Assembly: GCA_033763905.1 (NCBI GenBank)
Contig: JANRJP010000009.1
Span: 1 to 64,000 of the forward strand
Reading direction: 5' to 3'
Length of the DNA stretch: 64,000 nucleotides
DNA from: Gemmatimonadaceae bacterium
GTDB lineage: Bacteria > Gemmatimonadota > Gemmatimonadetes > Gemmatimonadales > Gemmatimonadaceae
Part shown: positions 1 to 11,682 of the stretch, in pieces
Layout: each line of letters begins with the position of its first letter
Position numbering within the stretch: the first letter of the stretch is position 1
Notes under the pieces: model-generated
What the model saw: the letters and a program-made list of their open reading frames with translations, nothing else
What the model was told of the DNA's origin: nothing
Databases searched by the model: none
Made by a program: the position numbers and the translations under genes

Positions 1-1
1 C

Positions 2-1579
2 GGTCGCGGCATCTACGGCATCGAGAGTGCCTCGCGCCACTTCTTCGGCAAGCCGGCCGCGCGGCTGACGCTCGCCGAAGCCGCGACGCTCGCCGCGATG
101 CCCAAGGGCCCGGCGATCTACGATCCGGTGCGCAAGCCCGACCGCGCCAAGCAGCGGCGCGACGTCATTCTGCAGCTGATGGCCGAGCAGGGGCTGGTCA
201 GTCAGGTGCAGGCCGACGGCGCCAAGGCGCAGCCGATCGAAACCGCCCCGTCGCTCGGGATGCCGGCTGCCGCGCCGTACGTCGCCGACTACGTGCGCCG
301 ACTGGCGGAGCGCGCCGGCGTGCCGGTGAGCGACGGCGGGTACCGCATCTACACGACAATCGATCCGTCGCTGCAACGCGCGGCCAACGAAGCCGTCGCC
401 GCGGTGACCGCTGATCTCGAAGCGCGGCCCACCTGGAAGTTCGGCTCGCGAGCGAATCGCACGAAGGGGCAGACCACGTTCCTGCAAGCGGCCGTCGTCG
501 CGGTGGATGCCACGAGCGGCGACATTCGCGCGCTGGTGGGCGGTCGCGATTTCCGTGAGGCGCCGTTCAATCGCGCGATCGACGGGCTACGGCAGCCGGG
601 TTCGTCGTTCAAGCCGATCGTCTACGCGGCGGCGCTGGCTCAGGGGCTGCCGCCGAACGCGATCGTCGCCGACACGTCGCTCGAGCTGCCGCTCGAAAAC
701 GGCACGCTGTACCGCCCGAAGAACGCCGACGGCGAGTTCCTCGGCGCGATCTCGCTGCGCGAGGCCCTCGGCAAGTCGCGCAATCCGGTCGCCGTGCAGC
801 TCTTCCAACAGGCCGGCGCCGACAGCGTGCTCGCGCTCGCCAAGCGGATGGGCATCGACGCACCGGTCAATCCGTTCCCGTCGAGTGCGCTCGGCGCGAG
901 TGTGGTGCAGCCGCTGGATCTCGTGCAGGCCTACGCCACGCTCAACGCGCTTGGGACGAACATCGAGCCGCGCATCGTCTCGCGCGTGGAAGATGCGCGT
1001 GGTCGCGTGCTGTGGAGCCAGGGGCGGCCGGCGCCGGTGCAGGCGATGGATCCGCGAGTGGCCTTCGTGGCGCGGGACCTGTTGCGCGAGCCGGTCGAGC
1101 GCGGCACCGCTGCGGGCGTGCGGCGCTGGATTCCGCCGCGCGTGCCGTTGGCGGGCAAGACCGGCACCACCGACGACAACACCGACGTGTGGTTTGTCGG
1201 GATGACACCCGATATCGTCGCGGGCGTGTGGCTGGGCTTCGACCGCCCGCGTGCGCTGGGCGGTGGCGTGCAGGGTGGCACGATTGCCGCGCCGGTGTTT
1301 GGTCGAATGCTCGGGCAGTGGTACGCCAGCCGCGGCACGCAGGGCTGGCCACTGATCGACGGCGTCGTGCCTGCAGAGTTCGATCGCGCCACCTCGCAAC
1401 CGGCCGACAGCACGACCCCGCCGGAACGACGCTACATCGAGTACTTCATTGCGGGCACCGAGCCGCCGAGCGTGCGTGAGCAGTTGTGGCGGCGGTTCAT
1501 TTGGCGACCCGAGAGCGAGCGGCTGATCTTTGCGCCGCCGCCCTTTGCGGTCGCGCCGTACGTCACGCCTACGCCCTGA
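2..1579 (+). CDS. Class A penicillin-binding protein (PBP1A family), 5'-partial
   Basis: Frame is open from the window start (GIYGIESASRHFFGK, transglycosylase end). Transpeptidase motifs RQPGSSFK (SxxK), SRN (SxN) and GKTGT (KTG). Confidence 0.93.
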   Translation, partial: GRGIYGIESASRHFFGKPAARLTLAEAATLAAMPKGPAIYDPVRKPDRAKQRRDVILQLMAEQGLVSQVQADGAKAQPIETAPSLGMPAAAPYVADYVRRLAERAGVPVSDGGYRIYTTIDPSLQRAANEAVAAVTADLEARPTWKFGSRANRTKGQTTFLQAAVVAVDATSGDIRALVGGRDFREAPFNRAIDGLRQPGSSFKPIVYAAALAQGLPPNAIVADTSLELPLENGTLYRPKNADGEFLGAISLREALGKSRNPVAVQLFQQAGADSVLALAKRMGIDAPVNPFPSSALGASVVQPLDLVQAYATLNALGTNIEPRIVSRVEDARGRVLWSQGRPAPVQAMDPRVAFVARDLLREPVERGTAAGVRRWIPPRVPLAGKTGTTDDNTDVWFVGMTPDIVAGVWLGFDRPRALGGGVQGGTIAAPVFGRMLGQWYASRGTQGWPLIDGVVPAEFDRATSQPADSTTPPERRYIEYFIAGTEPPSVREQLWRRFIWRPESERLIFAPPPFAVAPYVTPTP

Positions 1580-4500
1580 CCTGCGGGCGCAGTGTGGCGA
1601 TGCGCTGCCGCACTTGCTGCACCGCGGGCTGCAATTCGGGATCGGCGGCACGCCACAACGTGACGAACTGCTCGTAGGCGGCCAAGGCGCGCGCTTTGTC
1701 GCCCTTGGCCTCGTACAACTCGCCGAGCCGCTTCTGTATGCCCGCCAGATAATTGGCATCGACGTTGATGCGGAACATCTCGGGCGTCGTGCGATAGCGC
1801 TCGAAGACCGCAATCGCCGAGTCGCGATCGCCCGCGAGATCGAAGGCCGTGCCCAGACGCGGGAGCACGCAGATGCGGCACGCGCCGCTGTCGGCCCGCT
1901 GGAAGGCGCGGACCGCCTCGCGCGGCTTGCCTTCGGCGAGTAGGATCTCGCCGAGCGCTGCGGCGTGGGTGGCTTCCCAGCCGTCGGACCGTTCCTCGAT
2001 TGGCGTCGAGTCGGCGAGCGCGAGCATTGCGCGCGCCTTGCTCGGCAGGCCGGCGATCGCGTACACGCTCGCGAGATCCAGATGCGGCCGTTGCTCGGCG
2101 GGCAGCTTGCTCAGCGGCGTTCGCGCGAGGGCCGCGTCGAGGCGTTTGGCGGCCACCGGCCCGGCATTGCGGAAGAAGGCGTCGATGTAGGCCTCCAACA
2201 TCGGCAACTGCAACGGGCTGGTCGGGAAGCCCGCGTCGCGACTGTGATTGTAGCCGGCCTGGAAGTGCGGCACCGCGGCGCGGAGTCGTCCTTCGAGCAG
2301 GGCCAAGGCGCCAAGGCCAAGCTCGCCCGACGACTTCTCGATGCCGGTCACCGACGCGCGTCGGCTCAGCGACGCGAAGCGCACCGCGGCACTGTCGTAG
2401 CGCCCCACTGCCGCGTCGAGGGCGGCGAGCATCGGCTCCACCTGCGGGTTGTCGGGGTAGCGACGACGCAGCACTTCGAGCGCACGCCGCGCGTCGGCCG
2501 TTCGGCCGAGCGAGAACTGGGCGATCGACAGATTCGAATAGCTCGCGGCGCGCGACGAGTCGGCCCGCACCGAGCGCTGCAAGAGTTGCTCGGCGGTCGC
2601 GAAGTCGCGCCGCTCGAGCGCCAGCACCGACGAATTGATGAGCGCGGTGTGATTGGTCGGGTCGAGCGAGAGGACCGTGTCGAAGGCGGCGCGGGCGCGG
2701 TCGCCCCCGCCTTCGATCGTCATATAGTACGACGCTTCGGTGAGTCCGCGTTCAATCGGCGAGAGTCGCTCGCGATACGCATACGCGCGGGTCAGCATCG
2801 CGCGGCCGCGGTCTGGTTCGATGTTGTTGAGCACCACGCCGAGCTTGCGATACGCCATCGCAAACGTGGAGTCGAGCGCGACCGCTTCTTCGAGCAGGGC
2901 AATGCCGCGCCGCAGGTCGTTCGCGACTTCGATCGCGCGGATGCCTTCGGTGTACTTGCGCAGCGCGGGCAACGAAGCGGTGGACACCTGATCGAGCGGC
3001 GGCTGCGCCTGCACCTGACGGAACGAGTCGCCGATCTTCGCGCGCACGTCGCGTGAGAGGCGGTCGATCGCGGGAATGACGCCGTCGGCGTCGGTCGCGG
3101 TTTCGCGGAAGGCCGCGAGCACGTCGCCGGTGGTCGGGTTCACGATGCGGGCGGCGAGCACCACGCCCGACCCAATCGGCGTGACGTCACCGTCGAGCAC
3201 GGCGCCCGCCCCTTCGCGCTGCGCAATGTCGCGGGCCAGTGCCAGGTCGACCTTGGACGCCGGATCGCGCTGCATCCGCTGCAGCGCGCGGGTCAGCGCC
3301 GTGCCCTGCAACAGGGTCACCACCTTCGATCGGCTGAGGTCGGTGCGCAGCGCTTCGGTCACCACCGAGCCGAGGACCGAATCGCCGCTGCCTGCCAGTC
3401 GGAAATCGGTGACGATCAGGGTGGACTGTTCCTTGATGACGCCCGCCGCGAGCAACGACGCACCGGGCCCGATGCCAAGCGCGCGCGTGACCATCCAGCC
3501 CGACACGCCGGCGGAATACAGCGCGAGACTGACTCCCGTGGCGTAGGTCGCACGCCGCCACGTCAGCCGGGCGCCGGCGCTGGGACGCGAGGGCACGCCG
3601 GCGGACCGCCGCCGCTTGCTCACCCACGCGGTGGCCAGCATCAGCGCCAGCCCGGCGACCAGCAGGCCGATCGCGCCGCGGAAGACCCACGAGGGAAGGC
3701 CGACGATGCCTTCTGCGGCCTTCGCCAGTGCCGCCGTGACGCTGGCAGCCACGGCGTAGGTCGAGAGGGCGCGGCGCCCAGCGCCGGGCGCGTCCATCCC
3801 GGACGGCGTCAGCCAGCCAACGGTGCGTGTCGTCGCGTTGCCGCCCGGTGAGCCGATGCCGTCGAGCATCGTGACCAGGGCGTCGGCGCTCCGCGGGCGT
3901 TCGGCGGGCTTCTTGGCCAGGCACGCGGTGATCAGCGCGGCGAGGCTGTCGGGCACGTCGTCGCGTCGCGCCGTGATCGGCTCGGGCGTTTCGGTGAGAT
4001 GCGCGACGAGCAGTTCCTGGGCGGGCCGATGGCCGAAGGGCGTCTGTCCGACGAGCATCTCGTAGGCCATTACGCCGAACGCGTAGATGTCGGCGCGGTG
4101 ATCGACGCCCGGGTCGGCAGCCGCCTGCTCGGGCGCCATATAAGCGGGCGTCCCGAGGGCGATGCCAAGCGAGGTGAGCCCCGAGTGCGCGGCACCGCCC
4201 GAGCCGGCGGCATCGCGCACCGCCTTTGCGACGCCGAAGTCGAGCACGGTCGCGGCACCGCCGGCGAGCATCACGTTGTCGGGCTTGATGTCACGGTGTA
4301 CGACGCCGGCGCGGTGCGCGTGCGCGAGCGCCGAGGCGATGTCGCGCAGGAGGCGCAGGGTTTCCCCGACCGACAGCGGCCCACTGCTGGCCAGATGATG
4401 CCGCAGCGACTCCCCGTCGACGAAGGGCATCGTGTAGTACGGAAGCCCGTTCATCTCGCCCGCCGAGATCAGCGGGACGATGTGCGGATGCTGCAGTCGG

Positions 4501-4721
4501 GCCGCGAGGGCGATTTCGCGCTTGAAGCGCTCGACCGAGACGCCGGCCAGATCCGGCGGCAGCACCTTGACCACCACCGGGCGGTCGAAGGCGGTCTCTC
4601 GCGCCAGAAAGACGCGGGACATCCCCCCGCCGCCCAGCTCGCGCTCGACGTGGTACGCCTGCCCAAGGGCTTTCTGAAGTTGCTCGCGAAGTTCGGAGGG
4701 CACGCTGCCTGGGGGGATCAC
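1569..4721 (-). CDS. Hanks-type Ser/Thr kinase with transmembrane helices and C-terminal TPR region
   Basis: GGGGMSRV, VVVK, HRDIKPDN, DFG and GTPAYMAPE motifs, then hydrophobic helices and TPR-like repeats. Start trimmed to GTG at 4721 (alternative 4703). Confidence 0.9.
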   Translation of the reverse strand: MIPPGSVPSELREQLQKALGQAYHVERELGGGGMSRVFLARETAFDRPVVVKVLPPDLAGVSVERFKREIALAARLQHPHIVPLISAGEMNGLPYYTMPFVDGESLRHHLASSGPLSVGETLRLLRDIASALAHAHRAGVVHRDIKPDNVMLAGGAATVLDFGVAKAVRDAAGSGGAAHSGLTSLGIALGTPAYMAPEQAAADPGVDHRADIYAFGVMAYEMLVGQTPFGHRPAQELLVAHLTETPEPITARRDDVPDSLAALITACLAKKPAERPRSADALVTMLDGIGSPGGNATTRTVGWLTPSGMDAPGAGRRALSTYAVAASVTAALAKAAEGIVGLPSWVFRGAIGLLVAGLALMLATAWVSKRRRSAGVPSRPSAGARLTWRRATYATGVSLALYSAGVSGWMVTRALGIGPGASLLAAGVIKEQSTLIVTDFRLAGSGDSVLGSVVTEALRTDLSRSKVVTLLQGTALTRALQRMQRDPASKVDLALARDIAQREGAGAVLDGDVTPIGSGVVLAARIVNPTTGDVLAAFRETATDADGVIPAIDRLSRDVRAKIGDSFRQVQAQPPLDQVSTASLPALRKYTEGIRAIEVANDLRRGIALLEEAVALDSTFAMAYRKLGVVLNNIEPDRGRAMLTRAYAYRERLSPIERGLTEASYYMTIEGGGDRARAAFDTVLSLDPTNHTALINSSVLALERRDFATAEQLLQRSVRADSSRAASYSNLSIAQFSLGRTADARRALEVLRRRYPDNPQVEPMLAALDAAVGRYDSAAVRFASLSRRASVTGIEKSSGELGLGALALLEGRLRAAVPHFQAGYNHSRDAGFPTSPLQLPMLEAYIDAFFRNAGPVAAKRLDAALARTPLSKLPAEQRPHLDLASVYAIAGLPSKARAMLALADSTPIEERSDGWEATHAAALGEILLAEGKPREAVRAFQRADSGACRICVLPRLGTAFDLAGDRDSAIAVFERYRTTPEMFRINVDANYLAGIQKRLGELYEAKGDKARALAAYEQFVTLWRAADPELQPAVQQVRQRIATLRPQVRA

Positions 4722-4903
4722 GTCTCTCTCGAAGCTACGGCGGAGCACGGGGGGCGGCCAGCGATGCCGGTGCTGGCCGTAGGTGCGATCTCCTACGATG
4801 CGGACCGCGTGCAGGTTCCGCGTGCCGGGCGGGTGGGACGAATCGTGTGCCCGAGGCGGGTGCAGATGGTCACTTGCGGCGGCGAGCCAGCCGTTGGTCG
4901 TTG

Positions 4904-5497
4904 CTACGGCGCGGCGCAGGCCGGCAGCTCGGGCCGCGAGAACAGCGGTTGACCCTCGGCATCGCGCGCCACCAAGTCGCCGCGCCAGGTCCACGAACTA
5001 TGTCGACGAGTCCGCCAAATGGCCTCGACCAACCAGCCGGTGGCGACCCCGACGGCGAGCACCGGCCAGATGCGGCCGCGTGGTTCGGTCTCGGGTTGCC
5101 CGATCAGTCGCGGATCGGCCGCCGCCGGATTCCCCCGATTCGGACGAAACGCGACGTACGCGGCACCGGCCGCACTGAGCACCGGCAGCGTGAGCGAGAG
5201 GCCGGTGAATCCGCCGTCCAACGTGAACAGTTTGCGTTTCACTGGCTCACCCGTGTTCCACGCGCCGAGAATCGAGTCGGTGCGGACCATTCGCAGCGCG
5301 TCCGCCGCAGTCTCTTGCAGCAGCACGCCCTCCCGCTCGATCCGCCAGACGGCCGGCCGGCAAACGACGCGACCATCGCGGAGCAGCAACCGCAGTTCCG
5401 CTCGATCACGCCGGGCGGCGTGCGCCGAGGCGGGGGCAAGCGTTGTCGACAGCAGCGCGCACAGTGGCACGGCGCGGATCACGAAACGGAAGCGCAT
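4904..5497 (-). CDS. Hypothetical exported/membrane protein, paralogue 3 of tandem array
   Basis: Signal-peptide-like N-terminus, LLLRDGRVVC...DSILGAW, two hydrophobic segments, C-terminal Cys. Similar to the two upstream ORFs. Confidence 0.7.
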   Translation of the reverse strand: MRFRFVIRAVPLCALLSTTLAPASAHAARRDRAELRLLLRDGRVVCRPAVWRIEREGVLLQETAADALRMVRTDSILGAWNTGEPVKRKLFTLDGGFTGLSLTLPVLSAAGAAYVAFRPNRGNPAAADPRLIGQPETEPRGRIWPVLAVGVATGWLVEAIWRTRRHSSWTWRGDLVARDAEGQPLFSRPELPACAAP

Positions 5498-5627
5498 AGC
5501 ACAGCAACGGATGGTGTGGTTCGCGAGGCGTGGAGCAGTCAGCGAACCTAGAGGCCACGTCGCCAAAGGGTAGCAGGTCTGACATCGAGCCCGCGCTACG
5601 ACCGCGGCGCACTACGCCCGCTGCGCA

Positions 5628-6215
5628 CTACCACGGTCGGCACGCAGCGGTCATTTGGCGGGCGAGTGCGCTCGCCTCGGCGGGCGTGCGCTCGGGACCG
5701 AACTGCGGCAAGCGATTCCACTGCTGGTCGGGGTCGGTGCCGAACACGTTGATCGCGGTGGTGACCGCCATCGCGATCGGCGCCAGTACGACGCCGAGCA
5801 ACTTGAGATCCGATGGGTAGTCACCCCCACCGCGACCGGAGCTGAGGATCGCCGACACGACCATTGGGGTGGCGATAATCGCGATGGCCTTGATCGCCGT
5901 CCGGGACGGGGACCTGTGGTACAGCAACGGGATCCTCGATCCTTCGACCGACACCCACGCGGCTCGAATGGAATCCGCGGCGACAGGCACGCTGCGCCCG
6001 TCATCGCCGACGAGAACCAATCCAGCGCCCTCCTGCACCCTGCCCGACATTCCGCAGATGAAGGTGCCGCTGTGCAGCATCACGCGAAACCGACGCGATG
6101 CCGCGTCCAGGCGTCCGTCTGGCCCTGCGTCAGACGACTGTGCCGGCACCCCAGGGGGAGACAGGACGCACAGCGCGAGCACGGCCGCCATCGCGCGCGC
6201 CGTCGAGCGCATCAT
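5628..6215 (-). CDS. Hypothetical exported/membrane protein, paralogue 2 of tandem array
   Basis: ATGA overlap with the upstream stop at 6212-6215. Signal peptide, VMLHSGTFIC...DSIRAAW, two hydrophobic helices, C-terminal AAC. Confidence 0.75.
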   Translation of the reverse strand: MMRSTARAMAAVLALCVLSPPGVPAQSSDAGPDGRLDAASRRFRVMLHSGTFICGMSGRVQEGAGLVLVGDDGRSVPVAADSIRAAWVSVEGSRIPLLYHRSPSRTAIKAIAIIATPMVVSAILSSGRGGGDYPSDLKLLGVVLAPIAMAVTTAINVFGTDPDQQWNRLPQFGPERTPAEASALARQMTAACRPW

Positions 6216-6760
6216 CGACACGCCGCTTCCGCCCGCGACAGCGCGCTACGCTCCTCGTCGGCAGGACCCAGCGGGATCAGCGTCTGATCGCGAGACCATC
6301 TCGTGCCACCGCCGGCGGCGAACTGGTCGCCGAGGAAAAACCCGACGAGCGCCGTGAACGGTGCGACCGCGACACCCAGTAGCACCTGCAGGCCCTGCAG
6401 GCTACTACCGTCTTTCGAATACTCGCCCGCCGGTACCACCATCGCCACGACAATCGGGGCCAATCCGGCAACGACGGCCCACCGCGTCGCGGTCTCGCGC
6501 CGTTGGGCATCGCTGACCTTCGAGAGCAGCCACGCGGCCGCGATCGAGTCCGGCGGCAGGACGAACGTGCTGCCGCCATCAGCGATCTCGACTCGCAGGT
6601 CGGTCCCCTCCCGTGTCCACGTGGGGATGTGGCAGATACTCGTGCCATTGCGCAGGTGCAGGACGAGACGCGGCTGCGCCCACGCAGGGCTGGCGAGCAG
6701 GGAGACGAGCAGGGCGACGAGCAGCAACGAACCGAGGAGCGCAGGCAGGGACATTGGCAT
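6212..6760 (-). CDS. Hypothetical exported/membrane protein, paralogue 1 of tandem array
   Basis: Signal peptide ending AWA-Q, LHLRNGTSIC...DSIAAAW, two hydrophobic helices, C-terminal AAC. Confidence 0.75.
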   Translation of the reverse strand: MPMSLPALLGSLLLVALLVSLLASPAWAQPRLVLHLRNGTSICHIPTWTREGTDLRVEIADGGSTFVLPPDSIAAAWLLSKVSDAQRRETATRWAVVAGLAPIVVAMVVPAGEYSKDGSSLQGLQVLLGVAVAPFTALVGFFLGDQFAAGGGTRWSRDQTLIPLGPADEERSALSRAEAACR

Positions 6761-6804
6761 GGCACACGATGCACGCACCTCCCGCCGCCGCGCCGTACTG
6801 TGCA

Positions 6805-6842
6805 ACACGCCCCTGGTGCGATGTTTCGCACCAGGGGCGTGT
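6805..6842 (-). terminator. Perfect 17-bp stem-loop downstream of lon (probable terminator)
   Basis: ACACGCCCCTGGTGCGA-tgtt-TCGCACCAGGGGCGTGT, about 25 nt after the lon stop. The U-tract is weak. Confidence 0.7.
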
Positions 6843-6866
6843 GTCCCGCGTCACAATTGCTCGGCG

Positions 6867-9428
<2,562 letters not shown>

Positions 9429-9627
9429 TGCGTGAGCAGCTAGGGTGGACCCCCGTCTGGTGCATCTCCCGTGCTCGTGGAGATACGCCCTTTCGGCGGG
9501 GTCTGCAACTTTCCGGTGCCGTCCTGACGTAGGGCCTGCCGGACCGGCGGACCGAGCGCTGTTGATGCGGCTGCCCGTACTGGATGCTACCTTGCGTACG
9601 AAGATTGCGTTCCCGCCGCCCCCTCTC

Positions 9628-11679
9628 GTGTCCGATTCCTCAAAGCCGGCCGATGCCGACCTGCGCGCGCTCGTCGAGCGAGCACTTGCCGGTTCCTACG
9701 AGATCGATCGCGAAATCGGTCGTGGCGGGATGGGCATCGTCTTCCGTGCCAAGGACTCCAGGCTCAAGCGCGTCGTCGCGATCAAGCTGCTGCCGCCCGA
9801 GCTCGCGTTTCGGCTGGAGATCCGCTCGCGCTTTCTGAAGGAAGCGGAGACGGCGGCTGGACTGAGCCATCCCAACATCGTTCCGATCTACAGCGTCGAC
9901 GAAAAGGAAGGCCTCGTCTTCTTCGTGATGCAGTATGTCGAAGGGGACAACCTCGCCCAGCGCCTGCAAAAGCACGGACCGGCAACGCCTGACGAGACGC
10001 GCAAGGTGCTGCGTGAAGTCGCCGATGCCTTGGCCTACGCGCACACGCGCGGAGTGGTGCATCGCGACATCAAGCCGGACAACGTCCTGCTGTCGGATGG
10101 CCGCGCGCTGGTGACGGACTTCGGTATCGCCCGCGCGATCACCGACGGTGGCGACTCGCGCCTGACCGCGACCGGCGTGGCGATCGGGACCCCGGCGTAT
10201 ATGTCGCCGGAGCAGTGCGCCGGCGATCGCGAGATCGATGGGCGCAGCGACCTCTACGCCTTGGGCGTGGTGGGCTTCCAGATGTTGGCGGGTCGTCTGC
10301 CGTTCGAGGCGAACACCACGCCGGCGTTGCTGGTGAAGCATCTGTCGGAGCGGCCGCTGCCGGTCGAACAGCTGCGTGGGGACGTGCCCGAGGACCTCGC
10401 CCGGGTGATCAACCTGTGCTTGGAGAAGGATCCGGCGAATCGGTTTCCGAGTGCCGCTGCGATGGTCACGGCCCTCGACACGCGCGAGGTGCCGGCGCGC
10501 ACCGGGCAGTCCACCCAAGCGCGCGCCACGTCGCCAGGGGCGCCGTACCCGACGCAGCAGCAGCCCCAGCCGGCGTCGCGTCCGGGAATGCTGCCGCCGC
10601 CACCGCGCTACGACGCGCCCGCCGACGGGTGGGGCGGGCTCGACGACGCGGCCTCTCCCGCGCGGCGTGCGCCGTCGCCCGTGGTGGACCGCGGCTGGGC
10701 GCCGTCAGCGTTGGACGAACCCTCGGCCGAGGATCTGCAGCGCTGGTACGCGCCGCCGGTCGAGGCTTTCCGCAAGAAGCTCGCGCCGTGGACGGCTGTG
10801 CTCGTGGTGACGGTCGTCCTCAACATCGTGGGCGGTCCCAACCTGACGTTCATCCCGGGCTTCTGGGGCATCGGGATTGCCTTCGGCTACGCCAAGATCT
10901 GGAGTGATGGCTACGATTGGCGCGACGTGCTGCGCGAACCGCGGCACCGCTTGTTCAGTGACGTGGTGGCGGGCTGGTTCGATACGCTCAAGTCCTTCGT
11001 GGATCCCGAGAAGCGCGCGGAGCTGCGCGAACGGCGGCAGCGCGAAAGCGCGTTGCTGCGTCCGAGTGGCGGGCAGCTGACGCCGGCGTCGCCCGCGGGC
11101 GGCACCGCGGCGTTGCCGTCGGTGCGTAGCGGCCTGACCGGTGAGCGGGCGGTGGCCGCACGGCAGGCGGTGGCAGATCGCGACGAGATCATTCGCTTGC
11201 TCGCGGAGCTGCCGGCCGATCTGCGCGGCGGATTGGGTGACCTGAGCGGCACGGCCCGGCAACTGACGGATCGGATCCAGTCGCTGGCGATGTCGCTCGA
11301 GGAGCTCGATCGGAACTACAGCCCCGGGGCGCGCGACGCGCTGGAGCAGGAGATCACGCTGCTCGAGTCGCAGGCGAATCCGCTCGACACGTCGGCGAGC
11401 GAAGAGCGCGTGCGACGGTTGGCGTATCTCAAGCGCCAACGCCGCGCCGTCGCGGACATCGCGACGAAGCGCGAACAGTCGGCGCAGCGGCTCGAGAGCT
11501 GCCGCGTCGCGCTGCAGAACCTCCGCTTCGACGTGCTGCGGCTCAAGACCGGATCGCAGTCGCCGGCGCACATCACGCTGGTCGCCGAGCAGGCGCTCGA
11601 GCTGGCGCGCGATGTCGACGGCATTCTGGCAGCGCAGGAAGCGGTCGGGCGCGACAGTACCGGCCGGCGTCGGGGCTAA
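9628..11679 (+). CDS. Hanks-type Ser/Thr kinase with TM hairpin and C-terminal coiled-coil domain
   Basis: GRGGMGIV, VAIK, HRDIKPDN, DFG and GTPAYMSPE motifs; Pro-rich linker; two TM segments. Start set at GTG 9628. Confidence 0.9.
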   Translation: MSDSSKPADADLRALVERALAGSYEIDREIGRGGMGIVFRAKDSRLKRVVAIKLLPPELAFRLEIRSRFLKEAETAAGLSHPNIVPIYSVDEKEGLVFFVMQYVEGDNLAQRLQKHGPATPDETRKVLREVADALAYAHTRGVVHRDIKPDNVLLSDGRALVTDFGIARAITDGGDSRLTATGVAIGTPAYMSPEQCAGDREIDGRSDLYALGVVGFQMLAGRLPFEANTTPALLVKHLSERPLPVEQLRGDVPEDLARVINLCLEKDPANRFPSAAAMVTALDTREVPARTGQSTQARATSPGAPYPTQQQPQPASRPGMLPPPPRYDAPADGWGGLDDAASPARRAPSPVVDRGWAPSALDEPSAEDLQRWYAPPVEAFRKKLAPWTAVLVVTVVLNIVGGPNLTFIPGFWGIGIAFGYAKIWSDGYDWRDVLREPRHRLFSDVVAGWFDTLKSFVDPEKRAELRERRQRESALLRPSGGQLTPASPAGGTAALPSVRSGLTGERAVAARQAVADRDEIIRLLAELPADLRGGLGDLSGTARQLTDRIQSLAMSLEELDRNYSPGARDALEQEITLLESQANPLDTSASEERVRRLAYLKRQRRAVADIATKREQSAQRLESCRVALQNLRFDVLRLKTGSQSPAHITLVAEQALELARDVDGILAAQEAVGRDSTGRRRG

Positions 11680-11682
11680 GCC

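Noticed and set aside
587..1813. Long antisense or alternative-frame ORFs (also 6303-7976, 18164-19861, 34693-36294, 40489-41898, 45368-47020, 54983-56392)
   Set aside because: They overlap well-supported genes, are Arg/Ala/Pro-rich with no motifs, and are expected shadow ORFs in high-GC DNA.
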